Under the pieces are notes generated by a model. The model was given only the letters and a program-made list of their open reading frames with translations. It was not told the origin of the DNA and ran no database searches. A stretch of DNA of 64,000 nt from Nostoc sp. DedSLP01. Its GTDB lineage: Bacteria > Cyanobacteriota > Cyanobacteriia > Cyanobacteriales > Nostocaceae. The translations under genes were made by a program, and so were the position numbers. Location: contig JAVRCJ020000003.1 of NCBI GenBank assembly GCA_034530875.2, positions 256,001 through 320,000 on the forward strand, written 5' to 3'. The stretch's first letter is position 1. Each line of letters begins with the position of its first letter. Below are positions 10,285 through 20,964 of the stretch, one piece after another.

Positions 10285-10338
10285 ACCTCCTCTAAGCTGG
10301 TGAGGCAGTCTCCCAGCGCGGGGGAGATATTAGGAGGT
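10285..10338 (+). promoter_or_regulatory. Structured mgtE leader with anti-SD:SD pairing
   Basis: ACCTCCT (10285-10291) is complementary to SD AGGAGGT (10332-10338); inner stem TCTCCC/GGGAGA. Confidence 0.6.
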
Positions 10339-10346
10339 ATAGTATC

Positions 10347-11699
10347 ATGCTCACACAGGATATTCGGAATGCACTGATTGATACTACTGATTTAAATCAG
10401 CTGAAATGGGATTTAAATCAGTTACAACCCGTAGATGTAGGAGAATTTATTACACAATTGCCTGAAAAACAACGAGCGATCGCATTTCGTTTACTCAACA
10501 AAAATCAGGCAATTGATGTATTTGAATATCTGCCAACAGAAGTACAAGAAGAACTCATTAATTCTCTACACGATCTACAAGTAGTGCAACTTGTAGAAGC
10601 CATGAGTCCTGATGAACGAGCAGAATTGTTTGATGAATTACCTGCTGGAGTTATCAAACGGTTGTTAAAGGAATTGAGTTCAGAACAAAGGCAAGCCACA
10701 GCAACAATTCTCGGTTATCCAGAAGGCACCGCTGGGCGAGTCATGACTACCGAATATGTCCGATTGCGAGAAGGATTGACTGTCGGTGAAGCCCTCAGTA
10801 AAATCCGGCGTCAAGACGAAGACAAGGAGACAATTTACTACGCCTACGTTACAGACGACAACCGGACACTGGTAAGAGTGGTTTCACTGCGGCAGTTGTT
10901 GTTTACCTTTCCTGATGTTTATATCAGAGATATTGCCAGCGATCGCGTTATTAAGGTGCGAACCGAAACTTCTCAAGAAGAAGTCGCCCAAATCATGAAG
11001 CGCTATGACTTAATCGCCATTCCTGTAGTCGATCGGGAAGACCGATTGGTTGGGATTGTCACCATCGATGACGTAATCGATATTTTGGAAGAGGAAGCCA
11101 CAGAAGATATTCAAAAACTCGCTGGTGTGGGTGGAGATGAAGCTGCTTTGTCGTCTCCCCTTCTCACCATCCGCAACCGCTTGCCGTGGCTATTGGGCAT
11201 CATGGCCTTGTATATTGGTGCAGCTAGTGCGATCGCTCCTTTTCAATCTGTAATTTCCGCAGTGCCAGTTCTAGCAGTCATTATGCCGATTTTTTCTAAT
11301 ACCGGCGGGACTGTGGGAATTCAAGCTTTAACGGTGACAATCCGCGGCTTAGGAGTCGGGGAGGTAACACCCAAAGACACTATAAAAATTCTTCGCAAGG
11401 AAATCTTTGCTGGTTTAGGTACAGCTCTTGCTTTATCCACAACCATGATCCTGCTTTCGTTAATTTGGGCGCGTCCCCAAGAACGATGGGTGGCTTTAAT
11501 TGCTGGCACAGTCATGGCAACTAATACAATAGTGGCGGTGACTCTTGGTACTTTACTGCCAATGGCTTTGAAACGGTTGAAGCTCGACCCTGCCTTGGTT
11601 AGCGGCCCGTTAGTGACTACAATGCTAGATACAATTGGGTTTTTAACATTCCTCAGCCTAATTTCTCTAGCTTTAAACATTTTTCACTTACCAACTTGA
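10347..11699 (+). CDS. mgtE: Magnesium transporter MgtE
   Basis: N-domain, CBS pair (TAGRVMTTEY, LVGIVTIDD), TM motifs GGTVGIQ and DPALVSGPLVTTMLD. Confidence 0.97.
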   Translation: MLTQDIRNALIDTTDLNQLKWDLNQLQPVDVGEFITQLPEKQRAIAFRLLNKNQAIDVFEYLPTEVQEELINSLHDLQVVQLVEAMSPDERAELFDELPAGVIKRLLKELSSEQRQATATILGYPEGTAGRVMTTEYVRLREGLTVGEALSKIRRQDEDKETIYYAYVTDDNRTLVRVVSLRQLLFTFPDVYIRDIASDRVIKVRTETSQEEVAQIMKRYDLIAIPVVDREDRLVGIVTIDDVIDILEEEATEDIQKLAGVGGDEAALSSPLLTIRNRLPWLLGIMALYIGAASAIAPFQSVISAVPVLAVIMPIFSNTGGTVGIQALTVTIRGLGVGEVTPKDTIKILRKEIFAGLGTALALSTTMILLSLIWARPQERWVALIAGTVMATNTIVAVTLGTLLPMALKRLKLDPALVSGPLVTTMLDTIGFLTFLSLISLALNIFHLPT

Positions 11700-11891
11700 A
11701 GGGATTGGGGACTGGGGACTAGCGATTGGGAAGGAGAATTTAAGATAAACAGAGAATTCACTAGCTAAGGCTTACTGAGATTAAATACTTTCGAGAAAAT
11801 ACTTATTCCAAGTTGTCTTCCTTCCTAGCCTCTTGTCTCTATCATCTTTCCCAGTCACCAGTCCCCAGTTCCCAGTCCCTAACCCCCAAAT

Positions 11892-12944
11892 ATGCCTACA
11901 ACAACTTGGAATCGCCATCACGTCCTCTCCCTATCTGACTTCAGGCCGGCTGAATACGATACAGTTTTGCAAACTGCTGCTTCTTTTCAAGAGGTGCTAT
12001 CGCGGCGGACGAAGAAAGTACCAACGTTGCAGGGACAGGTGGTGGCGAATTTATTTTTTGAACCTTCTACCCGCACCCGTAGCAGTTTTGAACTTGCTGC
12101 TAAACGCTTGAGTGCGGATACATTGAACTTCGCCGCAGCTACCTCTTCGATGACTAAAGGAGAAACAATTCTCGACACGGCGAAAACTTATTTGGCTATG
12201 GGTACTGATATCATGGTAGTCCGGCATAAGGAGGCGGGAGTACCAAATGCGATCGCCGAAGAAATGGATCGTTTAGGTGTAAAAGTTAGCGTCCTCAATG
12301 CTGGCGACGGCCAGCACGAACATCCTTCCCAAGCATTGCTAGACTTATTTACCATTTGTAGTTTAATCGACCCCAATCATCCGCGACTGGAATTGTTAAA
12401 GGGTAAAAAGATTGCCATTGTTGGGGATATTTTGCATTCTCGTGTGGCGCGATCGAATATTTGGAGTTTCATCGCCAGTGGCGCCCAACTACACCTCGCC
12501 GCACCACCCACACTTTTACCCAAGTTATTCGCCGAGTACATCTTCGAGGAATCAGGAGACACCAATCAGCAGTTTATTACCTCCTCATCCCCCACTCCCC
12601 ACTCCCTACTCCCCACTCCCCAGCTATTCCTCCATTGGCAGCTAGAACCAGCTTTGGAGGATGCCGATTTTGTGATGACTTTGCGCTTGCAAAAGGAACG
12701 GATGACGGCTCATTTACTGCCAAGTTTGCGGGAATATCATCAGTTATTTGGTATTACAAGCGCAAAGTTGCAACTTTGTAAACCTAACGTCAAAGTTTTA
12801 CATCCAGGTCCGGTAAACCGTGGTGTTGAAATTAGTTCTGAGTTGATGGATGACCCAGAATTTAGTTTGATTCAATCGCAAGTTACTAGCGGTGTCGCCG
12901 TGCGGATGGCGTTGCTGTATCTATTAGGTAGTGGCAAGTCTTAA
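11892..12944 (+). CDS. pyrB: Aspartate carbamoyltransferase catalytic subunit
   Basis: [37 protein letters not shown]. Confidence 0.97.
   Translation: MPTTTWNRHHVLSLSDFRPAEYDTVLQTAASFQEVLSRRTKKVPTLQGQVVANLFFEPSTRTRSSFELAAKRLSADTLNFAAATSSMTKGETILDTAKTYLAMGTDIMVVRHKEAGVPNAIAEEMDRLGVKVSVLNAGDGQHEHPSQALLDLFTICSLIDPNHPRLELLKGKKIAIVGDILHSRVARSNIWSFIASGAQLHLAAPPTLLPKLFAEYIFEESGDTNQQFITSSSPTPHSLLPTPQLFLHWQLEPALEDADFVMTLRLQKERMTAHLLPSLREYHQLFGITSAKLQLCKPNVKVLHPGPVNRGVEISSELMDDPEFSLIQSQVTSGVAVRMALLYLLGSGKS
12590..12624 (+). repeat. STRR heptamers (CCCCACT x5) inside pyrB
   Basis: ccccact ccccact ccctact ccccact ccccagc, translated [11 protein letters not shown]. Confidence 0.85.
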
Positions 12945-13513
12945 TAAGAGGGTAAACTCAAGCTAAATCCTGGCAATACATTTTCACCAGATAAATTTAT
13001 CGGCATTCGCACTTCTACATTCTGTTCTTGGCGGTAAATTTCTACTTGCTGCTGTTGCGGACTAATTAACCATGCCAATTTCACACTTGCATCCAGATAT
13101 TCTTGCATTTTCTGGCGCAGTATTGCTAAATCATCTGTTACTGACCTTAATTCAATGACAAAATCCGGTGCAATGGGCGGAAATTTACGTCTTTGTTCCG
13201 GGGTGAGTGCTTCCCAACGTTCTCGTTGAACCCAAGCAGCATCAGGGGAACGGTCTGCTCCATTTGGTAATTTAAATACAGTAGAGGAACTAAAAGTATA
13301 GCCGAGGCCGGTTTGCCGATTCCAAATGCCTAAATCAATAATTAAGTCGGCTTCACGGTTACCACTTTCGCCTCCAACTGGTGGCATAATTATCAATTCT
13401 CCCTTAGGAGTTCGTTCAAATTGAAACTCGCGGTTATTTTGACATAACTGGTAGAACTGTTCGTCTGTGAGGTGAACTGTGTCTAGCTTTAATGTCAAAG
13501 GACTTATAACCAT
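12941..13513 (-). CDS. Uma2-family (PD-(D/E)XK) putative endonuclease
   Basis: [29 protein letters not shown]. Confidence 0.92.
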   Translation of the reverse strand: MVISPLTLKLDTVHLTDEQFYQLCQNNREFQFERTPKGELIIMPPVGGESGNREADLIIDLGIWNRQTGLGYTFSSSTVFKLPNGADRSPDAAWVQRERWEALTPEQRRKFPPIAPDFVIELRSVTDDLAILRQKMQEYLDASVKLAWLISPQQQQVEIYRQEQNVEVRMPINLSGENVLPGFSLSLPSY

Positions 13514-13800
13514 AAAGTTAATTTCTTCAAAAGCCGATGATAATACTATATTGTCAAAATCCCCACTGTTGAGTTCGCTAATTTTTTACAGATAATTGGA
13601 TTGCTAGATATGCCTAAAGTAGTTAGTAGCAATCTTTGAATTTTAATCCCATAGGACTATTTTAAGGAAAAATACATACTCTCAGAGAAATTATCTATTC
13701 TTTCGTTCGCATGAAGACCCAACTCTAGAATTTTGGGAAACTTAAACTCATAGAAGTCAAGAAAATCATGACTTTTAGAAGTGTCGGAGGGAAATCAATA

Positions 13801-14241
13801 ATGAAACCAATATTTTTGACGGCAGCAGCTTTACTCACTACGCTATCTTTTGCTGCTCCTATTCCCGTCAAAGCTGAAAACTCCGCCCCTGTCCGGCGTT
13901 TGCTGGAAACTAGAGAATGTTTTGGATGCGATTTAACAGGAGCAAATCTCAAAGGCGCTCATTTAATTGGTGTTGATTTGAGAAATGCTAATTTAAAAGG
14001 TGCGAATTTAGAAGGTGCGAACTTAGAAGGTGCCGATTTAACTGGTGCTAATTTAAAGTCTGCTAATTTAAAAGAAGCATTCGTCAGCGATACTATATTA
14101 AGTAATGCTAATCTCACCAACGTGAATTTTAGTAATGCTCGTTTGTATAACAGTGATGTCAATGGTGCAGTTTTAGCGAATATCGATTTAAGCGGTGCTG
14201 ATGTATTTAATACTGCTATTAGTATTGGTGGTGAATATTAA
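13801..14241 (+). CDS. Exported pentapeptide-repeat protein
   Basis: Signal peptide ending VKA, CxxC, then A(N/D)LxG pentapeptide repeats; start at ATG 13801 after GGAGG. Confidence 0.9.
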   Translation: MKPIFLTAAALLTTLSFAAPIPVKAENSAPVRRLLETRECFGCDLTGANLKGAHLIGVDLRNANLKGANLEGANLEGADLTGANLKSANLKEAFVSDTILSNANLTNVNFSNARLYNSDVNGAVLANIDLSGADVFNTAISIGGEY

Positions 14242-14245
14242 TCAA

Positions 14246-14398
14246 TTTTGGATTTTAGATTTTAGATTTTGGATTGAATTCGTCGATAAATTCAGGGGCT
14301 TCTAAAACAATTTGGAATTTTAGATTATAAGAAAGAGACATTTTTAAATTTTGGATTTTGAATCTTTAATCCAAAATCCAAAATTTAAAATCTAAAAT
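14246..14398. repeat. STRR array (TTTTGGA/TTTTAGA and TCCAAAA)
   Basis: Tandem heptamers with inverted arms between convergent genes. Confidence 0.85.
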
Positions 14399-15745
14399 TT
14401 ATTCACCAGTAATCGACAATTCATTAACCCAGATTCTCGGACAAATTCCTCCTGGGGTTAACTCCACTTCTTTTTCTACATAAATAATTGACTGCAAGAG
14501 TTCCAAGAAATCGCCGGCTACGGTTGCTGATTCAATACTCGTCTTCACACCTTTGTTAACCAGCCAACCATCAAACGGTAAAGAAAAGGAACCTTGCAAG
14601 GATTTAACTCCTGCATGGAGGGCGCGTACATCATCAATAAGAATCACATTTTCCGCAGTTTCTAAGTTAAATTCTTGCTCAGTAGTTGCTGTTGTAAAAA
14701 CGTGATAAAAATTGGGACTGACGCTAACTTTTGCTCCAATACTGGCATTACCTGTAGGTTGAGCATTTAACCTTTTGGCAGTACCAGCACTATGGAGAAA
14801 GCTTTTTAAAACACCATTTTCAATTAAGGAAACCTGACGAGTCGGAGTTCCTTCACCATCAAAAGTTTCTGCGCCTACATTAGCTGGATGTAGTGCATCA
14901 TCGTAAACTGAAAGCAGAGGAGAGGCAATTTGTTTACCTAAATCATCAGCTTTAGATAAACTTTGATTATCCAAAATACTTTGGGCATTGAATAAGTTAG
15001 AAAAAGCGCCCAATAAACTTAAGAAAGCTTCCGGCGAGAAAACAACTCGATATTTACCAGTTTGAATTTTTTCATAATTCAAGTGGCTAATAGTTTTTTC
15101 GGCGGTTTCTTTGATGCAACCGTTAATGTCTAGATCGTCTAAACTGTAGTTGATTCTAAAAGCGCCTGCACTGCGAGGTTTTTTTCCTTCTTCTTCAGTT
15201 TTGCTGTAAAGATAAACTGATGCTAAGGAATGAGATTCAGTTCTCAGGGCGCCATCGCTATTGAGATAAAACCGATCGATATCTCTTTGGGCAAGGCTGT
15301 TATAGGGTACACCTTTAATTGCTGGATGTGCTGCCAATAATTCTTTTTCAGCTACTAATAGTTTTTCTATTAGTTCGCTAACAGGTGCTTGGGGTGTTTT
15401 TTGTTCGGGTTTACTGGGAACAGGAATAGTAGCTTCGGGACTAAAATCAGGGACGTTTTCTTTAACGCCAAAAAAACTAGCTTCGTAGGCAGTTTTTAAA
15501 GCTAATTCTAATCCTTTGGGATCTACATCTGTGGTGCTGGTAACACCAATTGTATTATCTTCATTCCAGACGCGAACGGTAACGCCAGAGCGATTGGAGG
15601 CTTTGACTTGTTTTGGCTCTCCTCGGTCTACTTGGACGCTAGTATCATCTATTGTTGAGCCATAGATGTCAAATTTTTTGATGCCAAGCTTGTGAGCATT
15701 ATCCTTGGCATGATTTGCAATTTCATTGATATTCGCCATAGTCAA
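14399..15745 (-). CDS. pmbA: TldD/PmbA family protein, non-catalytic PmbA/TldE type
   Basis: FDGEGTP, GSFSLPFDG; no HExxxH; downstream of tldD. Confidence 0.88.
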   Translation of the reverse strand: MTMANINEIANHAKDNAHKLGIKKFDIYGSTIDDTSVQVDRGEPKQVKASNRSGVTVRVWNEDNTIGVTSTTDVDPKGLELALKTAYEASFFGVKENVPDFSPEATIPVPSKPEQKTPQAPVSELIEKLLVAEKELLAAHPAIKGVPYNSLAQRDIDRFYLNSDGALRTESHSLASVYLYSKTEEEGKKPRSAGAFRINYSLDDLDINGCIKETAEKTISHLNYEKIQTGKYRVVFSPEAFLSLLGAFSNLFNAQSILDNQSLSKADDLGKQIASPLLSVYDDALHPANVGAETFDGEGTPTRQVSLIENGVLKSFLHSAGTAKRLNAQPTGNASIGAKVSVSPNFYHVFTTATTEQEFNLETAENVILIDDVRALHAGVKSLQGSFSLPFDGWLVNKGVKTSIESATVAGDFLELLQSIIYVEKEVELTPGGICPRIWVNELSITGE

Positions 15746-15836
15746 TCGGAGATTTTGAATTAGCAGCTATTTTATTTTGGAGATTAGGTTGAGGATTTTG
15801 GATGTTAAGTTATTCCACATAAAACTTTCATATCTT

Positions 15837-15862
15837 GGGCGGGCAAGACGCCTACCCCACAA
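15837..15862. repeat. REP-like palindrome (GGGCGGGCAAGACGCCTACCCCACAA)
   Basis: Near-identical copy at 63947-63972; related copy interrupted at 57945-58171. Confidence 0.7.
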
Positions 15863-15930
15863 TAAATGTATAGTTTAATATGCAGATTAAATGTGGTTTA
15901 GGCTGGTTGAAAATCCAAAATCCAAAGTTT

Positions 15931-17403
15931 TTATCTTCCGCCTACGGTAATAGAATCAACTTTGATGTGTGGTTGTCCAACTGTGGTGTAAATACTACCG
16001 CTGACAGAACCACAAAAACCCGGGGCAATTTCTAAATCTTTAGAACACATGGAAATTTTATTCATAATTTCCGTAGCTTCACCAATCAGAATTGCTCCCT
16101 TTAATGGCTTAGTAATTTTGCCATTTTCAATCAAATAAGCTTCATCAACACCAAAGTTAAATTGACCTGTAGCGCCAACGCTACCGCCACCCATTTTTTT
16201 ACAGTAAATGCCTTTATCAATAGAGGCAAATAAATCGTCAATGTTGTATTCGCCAGAATCAATATAAGTATTACGCATCCGGCTAGCGGCGGCAAAGGTG
16301 TAGTTTTGGCGGCGTCCGCTTCCAGTTCTGGGATGTCCGGTGAGTATGGAACCTGTTCTATCTGCTAGGAAGTTTTTGAGTACGCCTTTTTCAATTAATA
16401 GGGTTCTTTGAGCTGGCATACCTTCGTCGTCCATGTCAATTGTTCCGAAGGCATTGTCAGAACGTCCTTCATCCCAAGCTGTTAAACTTTCATGGGCAAT
16501 TTTTTGGCCTTTTTTGTCAGCAAAGGGGGAAGTATTGCGTTCAATTTGGGTGGTTTCTAGGAGGTGTCCGCAGGCTTCGTGGAAGATTACGCCGCCAAAG
16601 TGATTGGCCATAATGATGGGGTAAGTACCTGATTCTACGTAATCTGCATAGAGCATTTTGCCAGCGGATTCTGCTATTTTTTCAGCAGCTTGTTGATAAT
16701 CCCAGGTTCTTAAGAAGTCGGCATCGCTAGTGTTACCAGCGCGATCGCCTATTGAGGTACGATTAGCACCATCGGCACACAACAGGTTAAATCCTACTGA
16801 TTGGGTGAGGCGAATGTCACGGGCAAAAGTACCGTCACTGGCGGCGACTAAGACTTCTTGCCAATCTCGAAAATAACTAGCGCGCCGCGATTGCACGTGG
16901 CTGGCTTTTTGTTTCAGGTAACCTGTACCATCTAAAAGGACTTCTCCCATTTCGCGGATGGAACTACAAGCTGGTAGCCATACATCTTTACCTCTTTTGG
17001 TGGCGTAATCTCTCAGTAGTTCGAGGTAGATTTCGGGGATGAAAGAACTAGGTGCGGGTAAGTGCAATCCCATAATTGACAGACCTTTTTCTAAGGCTGC
17101 TTTCAAACCCGCAAACGAAAGGTCATTGGTGCTGACATAGCAATCAGCTTTCCCGCGAAAGACTCTGACTCCGGCACCTGTAGACAAACTTGGTGAAATA
17201 CTTGTAATGGCGTCGTCTTCTGCAAGACAACTAATATAGTTGCGACGTTCTAAGAAGAATTCGATGAAGTCAGCGCCAGCGGCGCGTCCTAGTCCCAAGA
17301 GGGTAGCTAGAGGGGCTTCCCAGGTTTCATCGAAACGCTCTGGGGTGGAGGAATATTGTAAGCTGGGAAGTTGATTCGAGAGAAGTAGCGTACTTGTAAG
17401 CAT
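15931..17403 (-). CDS. tldD: TldD metalloprotease
   Basis: [31 protein letters not shown]. Confidence 0.93.
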   Translation of the reverse strand: MLTSTLLLSNQLPSLQYSSTPERFDETWEAPLATLLGLGRAAGADFIEFFLERRNYISCLAEDDAITSISPSLSTGAGVRVFRGKADCYVSTNDLSFAGLKAALEKGLSIMGLHLPAPSSFIPEIYLELLRDYATKRGKDVWLPACSSIREMGEVLLDGTGYLKQKASHVQSRRASYFRDWQEVLVAASDGTFARDIRLTQSVGFNLLCADGANRTSIGDRAGNTSDADFLRTWDYQQAAEKIAESAGKMLYADYVESGTYPIIMANHFGGVIFHEACGHLLETTQIERNTSPFADKKGQKIAHESLTAWDEGRSDNAFGTIDMDDEGMPAQRTLLIEKGVLKNFLADRTGSILTGHPRTGSGRRQNYTFAAASRMRNTYIDSGEYNIDDLFASIDKGIYCKKMGGGSVGATGQFNFGVDEAYLIENGKITKPLKGAILIGEATEIMNKISMCSKDLEIAPGFCGSVSGSIYTTVGQPHIKVDSITVGGR

Positions 17404-17573
17404 GGGTAGCCTCGTCTGCTGGCGTTATTCAGAGATTTGACTGAGAAATCCTGGTGAGTTCAGTCTAACAAATGAGTGAAAGCCACAGCTGGCAGCAAAG
17501 TAGTGTGGATTTCCCTCCTATTACAAAAATAGACTTCTTGTAGGAGTGGGGAAGGGAGAAAGGGGAAAGGGGT

Positions 17574-17659
17574 ATACCAATTCACGAAATTACTGCTACA
17601 AATCACTTTCTCTGCTCCCTCTGCTCTCTTTGCGTATCATTTTTAAAGTGAAATGGTAT
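17574..17659. mobile_element. Degenerate MITE-like element, possibly nested in an older element (about 17530-17706)
   Basis: ATACCAATTCAC ... GTGAAATGGTAT terminal inverted repeat (11/12). Confidence 0.5.
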
Positions 17660-17729
17660 CAGTTCCCAGTTCGCAATCACCAGTATCTATTTTCAAAGCA
17701 GGTCTAATTTTGAGCTAATTAAATCATAA

Positions 17730-17754
17730 AGGGGCGCACGGTGTACGCCCCTAC
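17730..17754. repeat. REP-like GTAG-type hairpin
   Basis: AGGGGCG-cacggtgta-CGCCCCT followed by AC. Confidence 0.65.
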
Positions 17755-17944
17755 AGGAGATTATGGTTCAAATAAAAGAGATGCACTTATATGTATTTAG
17801 GCTGCACTTTTATGAATGAAAAGTGCGACAAAATGCTAACAGGTATGGGTTGATAATTGCGAGTTAGGAATTAATATAACTCCTACAAAATATGTAATTT
17901 TGTTTGCTGATGAGGTTAATTTGACCAGACTCTCCTGTTTAGGT

Positions 17945-18769
17945 TTATTTGCGATTTGCTATTTTCAAGGGAATTCTTACTGTTTGTTGGCCGTCGAAAG
18001 CTTCATCTAAATTGGGATTTGGTCTTGTGGATAATAGATTTTTTAACAAAACCTTTAGTGTCCGAACAATAGTTTTGAGAACTTTCATTTTGCTAGCAGT
18101 CGGCTTTTGGTCGTATCTCAAAACCATTGGAACTTCTACGATCCTGGGTTTGAAGACTTTAGCTTTCAGCAGTAAATCGATCATGCAAGCAAATCCACTT
18201 TCTGTAAAGAGATTGTCGCCATAATACGCATCAAGTTTGCTAAGCAAAGTACGGTTATACAATCTATAACCGCAAGTGTAATCTCTTACACCTGGTACGC
18301 GGGCTGCAATTCTAAATAGCCAGCTTGCTCCGTAGCTCATAAACTCTCTAAATTTGGATAAGCCGACGACTTTGGAGCCTTTGCGATATCTAGATGCGAT
18401 CGCAATATCATAACCACCACCGATCATCGTCTCATACATTTTGATTAAAAGTTCTGGCGGTTGGGTATCATCGCAATCCATCGCGCCTAAAAAATCACCT
18501 TCTTGAGAAATTTCTAAGAAAGTTGTAAAGCCTGTTTTAATTGCTTGGCCTAAACCAGCATTTTTGGCATGTCGAACTAATTTCAGTGCTATACCCAGTG
18601 CTTGAGATTGTTCGAGGGCAGTCTCAGATGTGCGATCGGCACTGCCATCATCAACTAAAATTAATTGCATATCCATTTTAGAGATTTGCTGCAATTGTTG
18701 AAATCTCTGAAACAATGGGGGAATTGATTCTTGTTCGTTATATGCAGGTAAAAGGACGTAAAGAGTCAT
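17945..18769 (-). CDS. GT2 glycosyltransferase (polyprenol-phosphate sugar synthase; ArnC/DPM1-like)
   Basis: LPAYNE, VDDGS, MDCD, ASRY, RDYTCGYRLY. Confidence 0.9.
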   Translation of the reverse strand: MTLYVLLPAYNEQESIPPLFQRFQQLQQISKMDMQLILVDDGSADRTSETALEQSQALGIALKLVRHAKNAGLGQAIKTGFTTFLEISQEGDFLGAMDCDDTQPPELLIKMYETMIGGGYDIAIASRYRKGSKVVGLSKFREFMSYGASWLFRIAARVPGVRDYTCGYRLYNRTLLSKLDAYYGDNLFTESGFACMIDLLLKAKVFKPRIVEVPMVLRYDQKPTASKMKVLKTIVRTLKVLLKNLLSTRPNPNLDEAFDGQQTVRIPLKIANRK

Positions 18770-18810
18770 AATTGCCTCGTAAAATATTGAAATTATTCAA
18801 TAATAAAATT

Positions 18811-20115
18811 TCAAGAATTTAGTAATGTTGATTTTTTCAGAAATTCATCAACATGTCTGACAACGGCATTGTTATTGACGCTATCATTCACGAACTGTGA
18901 AGTATTGACAACATAAAAATCAGCATTTTCAGTACTCACTTTGGGAACAAGACTTGAATAGTTCAAAACTTGTAGTGGTTGTACTTTCATGGCTCGATTA
19001 ATATGTGCGGCCACAATGTCATCTTGTTTGAGTTCTGGGAACATCAAACGTATACCCTGGAAAAATAGTTGCCGCAATTCTTCATCTGGTAGTTTTAATA
19101 ATGGGTCGGTAGAAAGTATATATTTTGGTAGAAATGTCATGTGATATCCCGCCGTTTCTTGCAAAGAAACGAGGTTGCTCATACCGATAACTCCGGTAAA
19201 TGGAATATTTCTATCGGCAATATTTACTACGTAATAAGGAATTAAAGCCTTACGAGTAATAAGTGTCATACAAACTACACCCAGGTACTCTACTGTTTCC
19301 CGAGTCTGGGAAACTTTCACCAGTTCATTAGCAGCAACCTGTTGCAGGACATTAACCGGACCGGTAAATATGACTTTATCAAAATGTTCTTTTTTACCTT
19401 GAGATTCGACCCAAATTCCACCCTCTTGAGCAGGCCCGATATACTCTACAGCAGTACTTGTACGAACCTGACCTCCAGCCGCATTAATTAATTCTTCTAA
19501 ACGGTCTATTACAGTTTTGTAACCGCCAGAAACGTAACCAAGTTGTTCTTTACTTAATGAAGAATCCCGCGCTGAAAATAGTCTTCTGATATAAGCCCAG
19601 ATAAAAACAGCTGAGATTCGCTTATAGTTCTCTCCTAATTTAGAAAGAAGTAAGGGTTTCCAAAGCTTTTCGTATGTGCTTCTTCCACCTAATTTTAATA
19701 GCCAATCTTCAACTAAAATCTTTTCTAAGCGTTGCCAATTATTTATCCGCGAACCATATAAAAGAGTAAAAGCTAATCTAATTTTTCCGAGCAATCCAAA
19801 TAAAGGAAAGCGCAGAAACTCTATAGCGTTACTAATGGAATAAAACTTTTTCTTGTCATAAAAACCTGTTAAACTACGATTCCAGCGTAGTTTATCTCCA
19901 AGACCGATATCTCTAATGAAATTTATTAAATGAGTATCAGAAGGTAGAATAACGTGATAAAAACGATCCCAGGTAAATAACCCGTAATCATGATAGGTGG
20001 TAAGTCCACCAAGTTGGCTGTTGTTATCAAAAACAGTTACTGTATGTCCTTGATGTGAAAGACGTTGAGCTAATACCAGCCCAGTTATTCCTCCGCCAAT
20101 GATGCCAATTTTCAT
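18811..20115 (-). CDS. FAD-dependent oxidoreductase (protoporphyrinogen oxidase/amine oxidase-like fold)
   Basis: IGIIGGGITG Rossmann motif, LGG, DRFYHVI. Confidence 0.85.
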   Translation of the reverse strand: MKIGIIGGGITGLVLAQRLSHQGHTVTVFDNNSQLGGLTTYHDYGLFTWDRFYHVILPSDTHLINFIRDIGLGDKLRWNRSLTGFYDKKKFYSISNAIEFLRFPLFGLLGKIRLAFTLLYGSRINNWQRLEKILVEDWLLKLGGRSTYEKLWKPLLLSKLGENYKRISAVFIWAYIRRLFSARDSSLSKEQLGYVSGGYKTVIDRLEELINAAGGQVRTSTAVEYIGPAQEGGIWVESQGKKEHFDKVIFTGPVNVLQQVAANELVKVSQTRETVEYLGVVCMTLITRKALIPYYVVNIADRNIPFTGVIGMSNLVSLQETAGYHMTFLPKYILSTDPLLKLPDEELRQLFFQGIRLMFPELKQDDIVAAHINRAMKVQPLQVLNYSSLVPKVSTENADFYVVNTSQFVNDSVNNNAVVRHVDEFLKKSTLLNS

Positions 20116-20186
20116 AAACCTTAGATTTTTCTAGATATTTGGTTCAAATTTATATTTTTAGTAAAAATTTATAGCCTATGGAGCTA

Positions 20187-20543
20187 TTAATGTACGACAA
20201 GGATTACTCCAGTAATAATAATTCCTATTCCTAACCACTGGCTCAATACAACTTTCTCTTTTAGCAGATAGTGAGAAGCGATCGGTATAAGCGCATACAT
20301 TAAACCTAAAACAGGAAATGCTTGGCTCAAAGGAACTGTCCGTAACACATACAGCCACAACAAAGTCATGAATACATAACAAATAAACCAGATTGCAAAA
20401 TAACGAGAGAATACTAAATTGCGGATAGATGCGCCTGCTTCTTTGTCGTCAGTAGAAATGTAAAGTCCATACTTTAGCGATAAGTTAGCTACTGTTCCAA
20501 ACAAAACTACAAGCATTAAATTTAAACCGTTAATAATGTTCAT
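20187..20543 (-). CDS. SMR/EamA-family four-TM protein (ArnE/ArnF-like flippase subunit)
   Basis: WLYVLRTVPLSQAFP, LKEKV, WLGIGII. Confidence 0.8.
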   Translation of the reverse strand: MNIINGLNLMLVVLFGTVANLSLKYGLYISTDDKEAGASIRNLVFSRYFAIWFICYVFMTLLWLYVLRTVPLSQAFPVLGLMYALIPIASHYLLKEKVVLSQWLGIGIIITGVILVVH

Positions 20544-20577
20544 TTTATTTATTTGGTGTTAAGTAACTATAAATTTT

Positions 20578-20964
20578 TTATTTAGACTCTTTTCCAGTAA
20601 TGACTACTAAAAGAACGCCTACAAAAATAGTAATTACTCCTAATATTCTATTGAAAGTAATTACTTCATTAAAAAAATAAGATGACCCAAAAAGTATACC
20701 AACGTAGTTTAAACTAGTTACTGGATAAGCAATACTCAATTTGACGCTTCGCAAAGCTAATATCCAAGTGACGATCGCCAAACAATAAACGCTTACAGCT
20801 AATACCAATTGTTGAAGAAATTCCCAACTAAAGAATCCTTGCTGGCTATTGCTCATGGTATGTTTCATCAGCAATTGCCCTGAAATACTAAATAAAATAC
20901 TGACAAATAAGATGATATATGAAGTTATGGGTAAGCGTAATATTTGTAGTACGGATTTAATCAT
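20578..20964 (-). CDS. SMR/EamA-family four-TM protein (ArnE/ArnF-like flippase subunit)
   Basis: GQLLMK, WILALRSVKLSIAYP, FFNEVIT. Confidence 0.8.
   Translation of the reverse strand: MIKSVLQILRLPITSYIILFVSILFSISGQLLMKHTMSNSQQGFFSWEFLQQLVLAVSVYCLAIVTWILALRSVKLSIAYPVTSLNYVGILFGSSYFFNEVITFNRILGVITIFVGVLLVVITGKESK

Noticed and set aside
14399..17403. TldD/PmbA as part of a RiPP cluster
   Set aside because: No precursor peptide or YcaO/cyclodehydratase nearby; stand-alone tldDE pairs are common
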